Positions 46,820 through 53,622 of a stretch of DNA of 53,622 nt are shown here, one piece after another (the stretch's first letter is position 1; every line of letters begins with the position of its first letter). The notes below the pieces were generated by a model, which did not search any database, was not told the origin of the DNA, and saw only the letters and a program-made list of their open reading frames with translations. The stretch comes from Nitrosopumilus sp. (GTDB lineage: Archaea > Thermoproteota > Nitrososphaeria > Nitrososphaerales > Nitrosopumilaceae). Location of the stretch: positions 1-53,622 of the forward strand of contig CBDBCE010000006.1 of assembly GCA_965203315.1 (NCBI GenBank), written 5' to 3'. Made by a program: the position numbers and the translations under genes.

Positions 46820-48860
46820 AGATTATACTGGCTTGTCTCATTTTATCTATCATACCATGAGCATCTGTACTGTTAAACTGTTCGCTATTGACCAAGTTCT
46901 CAATCAACTCTCTTTCATTGACCATGCCTTTGTCGTTCTTGAGTTTCTTGAAAATATCTTGGAATAGTTGCATTTTGGATACCTGACTCTTGGGCATTCC
47001 GTGTAGTACTCCTACATCGACTTGTCCTGTCGTAACGTCCACTCCTGAAGTCTTGAGCATCTCGTCCATGATGTAGATGGCTCGTTCAGCGTCCGACTCG
47101 TCAGCTGTATCTTTGAGAAGCATTTTGGCACGAGCAACTGTGAGACGGGTTATGCCTTCGAGTTGTCGGACAGTAACAGTCATGCCTTCCTCTGTTTTTC
47201 TCATCTTTTGATAATACTCTTTTATTTTGGCTCTGGCTTGTTCAGATAGAACGGGATGCATACTCTTGGCTACTCGAATATACTTGGCAAAGTCTTCATT
47301 GGTGAGTAGGTCGGGTTTTGAATCCTGTTGTGTGTACATGGATAATACATGATCTGCTATAACATCGTCCATGTCATTGTCAGCTACATCTTTGAGAACA
47401 AAGATCAAGTCGAATCGAGTAAGTAATGGTATGGGTATAGACGGCACATTCTCGGTTAGATTCTTGAATGGATCATACTTTCCAAAAGCAGGGTTAGCTA
47501 TTGCTATTACAGAGCAACGAGTGTTCAAAGTACTATTGATTCCTGCTTTAGATATTGAGACGCTTTGTTGCTCCATGACTTCGTGGAGTGCAGAACGGTC
47601 TCTGGTGTCCATTTTATCGAACTCGTCTATTACGACCAACCCTTGATCTGCAAGAGCTGTAACGCCTGGTGATAGCATGTATCGTCCTGTTATATCGTCC
47701 TTTACGACAGCTGCTGTTAGACCTGCAGCTGATGAACCCTTACCGCTTGTGTAAAAGGCTCTGGGGGCGATTCTCTGAATGGCTTTACCCATCTCGGACT
47801 TTGCTACGCCTGGATCTCCAACCATTAGAATGTTAATGTCGCCACGCACCTTACTTCCGTTGGGCAGAGTCTTGGAATCGCCACCAATCATTGTAAGGAT
47901 TAGTGCCTCTTTGACTAGATCATGTCCATACACATGGGAAGCGAAACTGTTTACTATCTTACGAGTGGCGTTTTCTTTGGCTACCATTTGAGCAAAGCGT
48001 TTACGTTCTGCTATGGTTATTTCTTTCTCAACTTTGTCTTGGGTTAGACGTGTGATATTATTGGCATAGATTCGCTGTCGGTAGGTTTGTATCTCTTTGG
48101 CTAGTTTGAGTTCTTTGGATTTTTCTACTCGCACCATACCTGCAACTTCTACAATATCGCCCAGCCGTGCCTCATCTACCAAGTCATCTGCCACGAACAC
48201 GCTAATGCTCTTGGGGGTTTGACCTTCAGGCAAGTCAGAGGTTAGTTCTTGTAGTTCTATAATCTGGTAATTGATAAAGTCGCATTTTTTAGGCACAAGC
48301 TCTAGTTCCTTAGAGTTACACTTTTCAGCCTCACATAATACAGGCATCTCTATGGAGTAGTCTCTTTTGGCACGGAACTCACGTTCATGTCCTTTTTCAC
48401 AACGATAAACTGCCTTCATCGGAATACTATCAATGGCACTGGAACGAATCATCATAGCCTTGACAGATACAAATTTACCGCTTGTCTCTGCTCCAATGTC
48501 TCTGATACCCCACATACTAGGATAGTTTGATATTCTGGCACGAATTTTGTCTCTAAAGTCTTTGGCATAATCAACGAATCTGGTGTGTAGTGTCTGCCAT
48601 ACTGCCTCGTTTAGAGCGTCCATGAAAAAGTCAGGATCTGCTAGGAAATAGTCCTCTAGGTTTGATTCACCCACAAAGTCATTAAAATCAATCTCTACCC
48701 ATGTGGATTGTCTGGGATACATGTTGTCTATTATGTCGGGATATTTGATTTGACCGCTGGGATTCTTTTTAGACTTTATTGGTCTAAATTGATTCAAGAA
48801 CTGATACAATGTATCTGTCATAGCAGACGGTGTCTTATCGGCTATAATGTCTGGTTTCAT
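46785..48860 (-). CDS. mcm: MCM replicative helicase
   Basis: Zn finger, RGDINILMVGDPGVAKS (Walker A), IDEFDKM (Walker B), LHEVMEQQ, LLTRFDL, TVRQLEG, winged-helix C-terminus. Confidence 0.97.
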   Translation of the reverse strand: MKPDIIADKTPSAMTDTLYQFLNQFRPIKSKKNPSGQIKYPDIIDNMYPRQSTWVEIDFNDFVGESNLEDYFLADPDFFMDALNEAVWQTLHTRFVDYAKDFRDKIRARISNYPSMWGIRDIGAETSGKFVSVKAMMIRSSAIDSIPMKAVYRCEKGHEREFRAKRDYSIEMPVLCEAEKCNSKELELVPKKCDFINYQIIELQELTSDLPEGQTPKSISVFVADDLVDEARLGDIVEVAGMVRVEKSKELKLAKEIQTYRQRIYANNITRLTQDKVEKEITIAERKRFAQMVAKENATRKIVNSFASHVYGHDLVKEALILTMIGGDSKTLPNGSKVRGDINILMVGDPGVAKSEMGKAIQRIAPRAFYTSGKGSSAAGLTAAVVKDDITGRYMLSPGVTALADQGLVVIDEFDKMDTRDRSALHEVMEQQSVSISKAGINSTLNTRCSVIAIANPAFGKYDPFKNLTENVPSIPIPLLTRFDLIFVLKDVADNDMDDVIADHVLSMYTQQDSKPDLLTNEDFAKYIRVAKSMHPVLSEQARAKIKEYYQKMRKTEEGMTVTVRQLEGITRLTVARAKMLLKDTADESDAERAIYIMDEMLKTSGVDVTTGQVDVGVLHGMPKSQVSKMQLFQDIFKKLKNDKGMVNERELIENLVNSEQFNSTDAHGMIDKMRQASIIYEPKSGWYANV

Positions 48861-49210
48861 GCTCTACACCACCCCTCACTAAAACACTTTGTCGTAATGT
48901 ACATGTATCTTTGAACTATATTTCTATCCCATTCCTTGTATTCTGCTTCGGTGCAGGTCTTTAACCACTCTTCCAAGTCCTTCTCGCTATCCATCGAACC
49001 GTCTAGAGTTGGGGCTTTGCGCTCCTCTTTGGTCGGGGGTCTCTCGTATATTTGCTCATAGGCATTTTCCATCAGATTACAGATAAAAGTGGACATTGTG
49101 ATTCCCTTTCCATAAGCCTTTTCAGCCAGTGCATTATAGACTTCCATGTCCCGTATTGATAGGGTTCTATGCACAGGATTACTTACTTTATGATGTTGAA
49201 AAAAATTCAT
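48857..49210 (-). CDS. RHH-domain protein
   Basis: RTLSIRDMEVYNALAEKAYGKGITMSTFICNLM; start revised to the ATGA overlap at 49210. Confidence 0.6.
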   Translation of the reverse strand: MNFFQHHKVSNPVHRTLSIRDMEVYNALAEKAYGKGITMSTFICNLMENAYEQIYERPPTKEERKAPTLDGSMDSEKDLEEWLKTCTEAEYKEWDRNIVQRYMYITTKCFSEGWCRA

Positions 49211-49380
49211 TGTCCACACTCCTTTAGGAATTTATCTACAAGATTGTGGACTATACTTGACGGATTGCTGTTGTTTCTAAAGGCTAGAACCTTTAACTCG
49301 TTCCACAGTTCAGGATCATACTTGCTCAGAGTGATCGTTCCGAACTGACCTTGTTGCTTCTCAAAGACCTCTTGTGTCAT
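49207..49380 (-). CDS. 57-aa ribbon-helix-helix protein
   Basis: Manual translation ...GTITLSKYDPELWNELKVLAFRNNSNPSSIVHNLVDKFLKE; TTTATATT box upstream; not in the ORF track. Confidence 0.7.
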   Translation of the reverse strand: MTQEVFEKQQGQFGTITLSKYDPELWNELKVLAFRNNSNPSSIVHNLVDKFLKECGQ

Positions 49381-49413
49381 ACTATACTGATATAACGAGC
49401 CTAATATAAACCC

Positions 49414-49550
49414 TAAGTAATTACTTACAAGTCTCTATCTATCTATCTATCTATCTAAAAGCTATGAATACATATTATATTATATTATATATATAATAAT
49501 ATAAAGGTACAAGTATAGTAGTAGTATAAGGTAGTGAATACATATTCACT
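49414..49550. other. Candidate replication origin/regulatory region
   Basis: 14-bp palindrome TAAGTAATTACTTA, (CTAT)5, 34-nt A/T-only run, inverted repeat AGTGAATA-CA-TATTCACT; upstream of the RHH-RHH-MCM operon. Confidence 0.5.
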
Positions 49551-49780
49551 CATTTTGTAGAGAGTGTTTGTTCAATGATAATAGGTATAGTCAGAGTCTA
49601 AGGCACAGATAAAGCACAGATCGTTCCCATCGCACTCGTATGCAGGTCCCTTTATGATCTGTTTACACCTTTTACATATCATTTTGAGACTCCCAGAATT
49701 TATGAAAACAACCATCACATATCAAATACATACGCTTCTTACCTGGCAAGAACGACACAACTCCTGACTGACCACACATC

Positions 49781-50098
49781 TCACATTTCTTCAAGATTCG
49801 CCACCTCGAGCAGTCTAGCTCTTCTATCTGAACGCCACCTTTGTATTCTTGTTATACTCTGATGGCACGAATTACAAACACAACAAAATCTCTTTTTCTC
49901 TAGTCTCATCAGGTATATTAGATCAGTCAGATACTCGTGGGGGTTCTCATAGTTCGAGTGTATTACATCGTTTGAGATATACCAAACATGGTGGAAGACA
50001 CAAGCTCTACGCTTTGTGAATTTACGTTCACAAACATAGCACCTATCTGCACCAAACAGCTCTAGAGCTATCCTATTCTTTCTTTCTTCGTAGTCCAT
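49781..50098 (-). CDS. HNH-like protein
   Basis: CYVC...FHHVWY...VCNSCH. Confidence 0.6.
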   Translation of the reverse strand: MDYEERKNRIALELFGADRCYVCERKFTKRRACVFHHVWYISNDVIHSNYENPHEYLTDLIYLMRLEKKRFCCVCNSCHQSITRIQRWRSDRRARLLEVANLEEM

Positions 50099-50249
50099 CT
50101 AGACACTCCACTAACAGTTTCGCTATAAACCCAGAGAAAGAGTTGATTCCCTGCTTTTCCAGCTCAAATTTATTGTCCTCAAAGTATGAATACAACACAT
50201 CATATATGCTATCTCGTATGGTAAGTGATTTGTAACCTGGCATTGGCAT

Positions 50250-50462
50250 TTAGACGCACTTTTTCCCCTCTATTCTGAACTCTCTTTCTGTGTCTTGGAT
50301 TATCTTGAGTAGTTGTTTGCCTATTGATACTTGCTCTACATCTCCCAAATCGTCGGGGTTGTTGGTTATCTTGATGGTATCGCTGTCTTTTTCGAGCGTC
50401 GCCTCAAAGTACCATAGTCCTTTCGATGTTTGTCTGGCACTAATTCTAACTCTATCTTTCAT
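50250..50462 (-). CDS. Hypothetical protein
   Basis: ORF track; operon context. Confidence 0.55.
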   Translation of the reverse strand: MKDRVRISARQTSKGLWYFEATLEKDSDTIKITNNPDDLGDVEQVSIGKQLLKIIQDTEREFRIEGKKCV

Positions 50463-50748
50463 TATTCTACCCTCTTCCCTATCCTTAATCTATTGGCACA
50501 CTCCATGCAAATGGGAATACGCATGTCATACATCAGTTGAGGACCCAGATCTGTTTTACGTGCACAAAACGAACAATTCATTTTAGATACACCACCAGAT
50601 ATATGATCCAACACGCAAATATTCCCAAAGTCGCAAAGTCAGCCGCCTTTCTCAAGTTCATTCTTTCAACTCCTCTCTCAAATCCCCATGCATACCGCAG
50701 TATTTACAGATATCCTCTGAATTTCTTTCGTATAAATGAAACCAGCTA

Positions 50749-50955
50749 TTACAAGTCATTCAAGTCCACCTCTCTCATACTAAATGATCTATCCAATCTA
50801 TCTTTGCATTTCTTACAAACTATTAAATTTTCATAAGGACCAGGTGGCTCAATTACCCAATTTGGATCTTCTAATTTACCACATAAATGACATGAATCTA
50901 GCTCATGGTCTCCCATTCCACAATCACATGTATGGTAATATCTTATTTCACTCAT
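50749..50955 (-). CDS. Small Zn-finger protein
   Basis: CDC, CHLC, CKKC. Confidence 0.55.
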   Translation of the reverse strand: MSEIRYYHTCDCGMGDHELDSCHLCGKLEDPNWVIEPPGPYENLIVCKKCKDRLDRSFSMREVDLNDL

Positions 50956-51249
50956 TTTAATCCCCTCACCATAAACTCTAGTTCTTGTATGCGTCTCTCT
51001 AGTTCGTCATTCTTGTTTTTTAATTCCATGTTTATTTCCATCTGCTTATAATATCTATTTTCTATGTGTTGGTATAGTTTAGGAATTTCACCCGACACCC
51101 AGTTTAAGACCTTTTTACCACCGAACATTATCTTACCTGCCTCGCTAAATCCATGATTATTGTCATTAATTGCTTTATTTGTGTATCACAGAATCCTAAA
51201 TCTTTTAGATTATTGTATATCTGGGCAATTAAGTCATAACGTTCAACAC

Positions 51250-51483
51250 TCATGATCCTAACCTCGGGTGATATTCTGCACGAACTAGCTCAAAACATCG
51301 TTCACAAAAAGGTCTATACATACAGTCTTCTTTGGCGACAAATACACAAATCTCTATCTTTTTACATCTATAACAGATAGTATATTTATCAAGACAATCA
51401 CCACACCATCTCTCTGCGGGGGTTGTGTCAGTCAAGAATGTCCGTCCACTAGTTCCACACTTTGCACACTTCATCCTTTCCAC
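51250..51483 (-). CDS. Small Zn-finger protein
   Basis: Four CxxC pairs. Confidence 0.55.
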   Translation of the reverse strand: MERMKCAKCGTSGRTFLTDTTPAERWCGDCLDKYTICYRCKKIEICVFVAKEDCMYRPFCERCFELVRAEYHPRLGS

Positions 51484-51631
51484 TCTAGCCTTAGTTGAAG
51501 GTCTATGAATTGTTTGTCATCTGTGTCTGCTTCATCTTCAAAATTAACATCAACTTTGACGCCACCTTTACTATGTTCTTCCACTATTAACGCCAATACC
51601 TTTTCTATTTCGGACATTATGTCGGCTTTAC

Positions 51632-51907
51632 TCATTTTACCCACTCCTGAATACCTACTCTTTTAGCAGTCTTGTGTTGTTTGTATGATTCGTCAGTTGG
51701 TTTTATGCTGGGATTCTTTTCCCACGCTTTCCTACGAGCTCTAGATATGCTATCACTTGCTTTAGTACAACCAAGTCTTCTCATCTGGGCTATGAATTGA
51801 TCGTGAGTTAAATTTCTGGACTCTGGAATAAAATACATTATTCTAGACACAATGGTAGTGAGGTTTTGCATCTCGTCATAATATACCTGCCAATCACTAA
51901 ATCTCAT
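51632..51907 (-). CDS. Small HTH-like protein
   Basis: PESRN....SDSISRARRK pattern. Confidence 0.5.
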   Translation of the reverse strand: MRFSDWQVYYDEMQNLTTIVSRIMYFIPESRNLTHDQFIAQMRRLGCTKASDSISRARRKAWEKNPSIKPTDESYKQHKTAKRVGIQEWVK

Positions 51908-52125
51908 TTCAACTCTTCCCTCACATCGTCATCTAGTCTATTACCGCCAAGTGGATAGGGCTTTTTCAAATTCTTGATCATGCCCTGCTGTATTCTTTCT
52001 ATCCATTCATCTAGACTGCCAAAAAATACTTCGCTGGGCTTTCCCTCACCTGAAGCGATACAATCACAATAATGTCCGCCACGTTCTGTCTCTTTCATCT
52101 TTTCGTGGCACTCTGGACAGATCAC
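51904..52125 (-). CDS. Small Zn-ribbon protein
   Basis: MICPEC...YCDC; coupled to its neighbours. Confidence 0.55.
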   Translation of the reverse strand: MICPECHEKMKETERGGHYCDCIASGEGKPSEVFFGSLDEWIERIQQGMIKNLKKPYPLGGNRLDDDVREELK

Positions 52126-52310
52126 TCGCCATTACCTCCTGTTGCATATTCTACCACCTTGTACACTTTACCATCACATTTATCATCTGATACATCACAA
52201 GGCATCTTTGATGGACTGGTTTCCATTCCAACTGCACCTCTGGTCATAATATGATTCTGCTTTGACATGTGTAGTAAATGCACTTTGCATACATAGTAAG
52301 GATCACTCAC
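52122..52310 (-). CDS. Small Cys/His protein
   Basis: ORF track; coupled. Confidence 0.5.
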   Translation of the reverse strand: MSDPYYVCKVHLLHMSKQNHIMTRGAVGMETSPSKMPCDVSDDKCDGKVYKVVEYATGGNGE

Positions 52311-52393
52311 CTACGACACCCCAAAACGACTTTTGATATTTCTTAAAACAACCATCACATATAGTACCAAGTCCGTCAAACTCTTTGTTACAT

Positions 52394-52648
52394 CTAGGAC
52401 ACTTCATCATAAACGCCCCCTAACATTTTATTCAATTCTCTAGTATGAGCTTCCATCTTTTCTTTTACTTTTCTTCTAAAGGCTACAATCATGCCGATTG
52501 CACAGTTCATACAGAGTATTTGATGTTGATCATCTTCATTCCTCGTTTCCCAGACAAATTCTATACAGGTATCATACTCGCATTCTTTATGACAATCTGC
52601 ACACACCAGAGTACCAGTGTGATATACTCCTGCTGATGTCGTAATCAT
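52394..52648 (-). CDS. Small Zn-finger protein
   Basis: CADC...CMNC. Confidence 0.55.
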   Translation of the reverse strand: MITTSAGVYHTGTLVCADCHKECEYDTCIEFVWETRNEDDQHQILCMNCAIGMIVAFRRKVKEKMEAHTRELNKMLGGVYDEVS

Positions 52649-52947
52649 TCTAGTTCATACTCCTTGACTGATTTCAGAATGCTATATTTGATACCCTCCC
52701 ACCTATACTCATCAACTTTACGATCACATATCAAACGTAATAGTTCTGTTTCGATTTTTCTCACCTCGTCATTGGATAATTGTGATATATGCAGTTCATA
52801 ATTGTTCTTTATTTTTCGCATTATTCTTTCAACCTCTTTAGATAATCTGTTGATACAAACGACATTCCACAATATAGACATGATCTGACATTTCTTTCGT
52901 TTATGTTTACTATTTCCATTGGATTCTCGCATATAGGACACTTCCAT
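52645..52947 (-). CDS. Hypothetical protein
   Basis: ORF track; operon context. Confidence 0.45.
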   Translation of the reverse strand: MEVSYMRESNGNSKHKRKKCQIMSILWNVVCINRLSKEVERIMRKIKNNYELHISQLSNDEVRKIETELLRLICDRKVDEYRWEGIKYSILKSVKEYELE

Positions 52948-52951
52948 TCAC

Positions 52952-53533
52952 TCATTTCTTTTCCCCCTTTAGTTTCTCAATCAATAGATTTGCACCTTGT
53001 TTACTGGCTGGTATTATACCTGTATGACCAAGTGCTTTGATGTAATCTATCTGTTTTTGAGTTGGTGGTTCATCGCCTGTTGGTTTTTTCGACTGTGTAG
53101 AGTTTATCAATGCTTCAATCTCTGCTTCTGGCAGTTGCTTTCGTATTGCGTTTCGCTCAGCTTTACTAAATGCCTTGTTGCGACCAAAATTATCATAAGA
53201 ACCATTACTAGCCAAAAACGGCTGTTCACTTGCACCGATGGTCTCGTACCCTGAATTATTATTCTTCATCTTTACATAGGATTGCCAATGCCATTGAGTT
53301 TTATCTTCTTCATCATATTTGGTCAATTCGACTTTGTCTTCTAGTATAATCAAAGGCTGTCCTGCTTGACTCATCTTTAGTGCAAGTGTCTTGATACCTC
53401 GATAAGATAGTTGCTTTTGTCCTTGTATTGTGTGAACACATGAAGCGTCTAGTCCACCCTCGAACTCCAACTGGATCTGGGCTTCGTCCAATTTCTCTGC
53501 CTGTTCAAAAGCCTTCAAATCAGTATTTCCCAT
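52952..53533 (-). CDS. Putative single-strand annealing protein (Rad52/RedBeta-like)
   Basis: LSYRGI, KAFSKAERNAIRK core, C-terminal PTQKQIDYIKAL; TTTATATA box ~24 nt upstream. Confidence 0.65.
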   Translation of the reverse strand: MGNTDLKAFEQAEKLDEAQIQLEFEGGLDASCVHTIQGQKQLSYRGIKTLALKMSQAGQPLIILEDKVELTKYDEEDKTQWHWQSYVKMKNNNSGYETIGASEQPFLASNGSYDNFGRNKAFSKAERNAIRKQLPEAEIEALINSTQSKKPTGDEPPTQKQIDYIKALGHTGIIPASKQGANLLIEKLKGEKK

Positions 53534-53567
53534 ATTATACAGTATATATGGTTATATATAAACCTTA

Positions 53568-53578
53568 AAGAAAAAAAA
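53568..53578 (-). terminator. Oligo-T terminator after the wrap-around Zn-ribbon gene
   Basis: T8 on the minus strand just after the TAG at 53581. Confidence 0.55.
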
Positions 53579-53580
53579 GC

Positions 53581-53622
53581 CTAGAGTGGAATCTGACATC
53601 TAGGACATTTTTTAGGGGTTTT
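53581..53622 (-). CDS. C-terminal end of the Zn-ribbon gene starting at 182
   Basis: Reads KTPKKCPRCQIPL*, completing CAECNHTWSPRS...PKKCPRC. Confidence 0.75.
   Translation of the reverse strand, partial: KTPKKCPRCQIPL

Overview
The window looks like an essentially complete (~53.6 kb, circular or circularly permuted) genome of a tailed archaeal virus (HK97-fold, siphovirus-like, no tail sheath seen). The likely host is an ammonia-oxidising archaeon (Nitrososphaeria). Support: archaeal TATA-box and leaderless promoters, GGTGA ribosome-binding sites, an archaeal MCM helicase, RHH proteins and two copies of a Cys-rich protein family typical of Nitrosopumilus. A zinc-ribbon ORF broken at base 1 continues at the right end. 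Layout: (i) 1.3-5.2 kb, minus-strand single-gene cassettes sharing a palindromic operator; (ii) 5.3-24 kb, morphogenesis genes, with a terminase split into ATPase and nuclease genes, a second degenerate and frameshifted nuclease, an intein-containing portal, protease, capsid, neck, tail and tail fibre; (iii) 26-37.6 kb, a second structural module with a 3328-aa beta-propeller/repeat protein; (iv) 38-41.6 kb, membrane proteins and promoter-fronted structured small-RNA candidates; (v) 41.6-53.6 kb, minus-strand DNA metabolism genes (two MTases, PAPS-reductase-like protein, Cas4-like nuclease, MCM, SSAP) and a candidate origin. The most unusual signals are four structured ncRNA candidates, a net +1 (4-nt) insertion right after the catalytic SPPY of an otherwise intact MTase, a paralogous set of single and tandem HNH proteins, and the operator-controlled cassette array. 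No integrase, DNA polymerase, canonical tRNA or CRISPR array was recognised. All calls come from reading motifs by eye; no searches were run.
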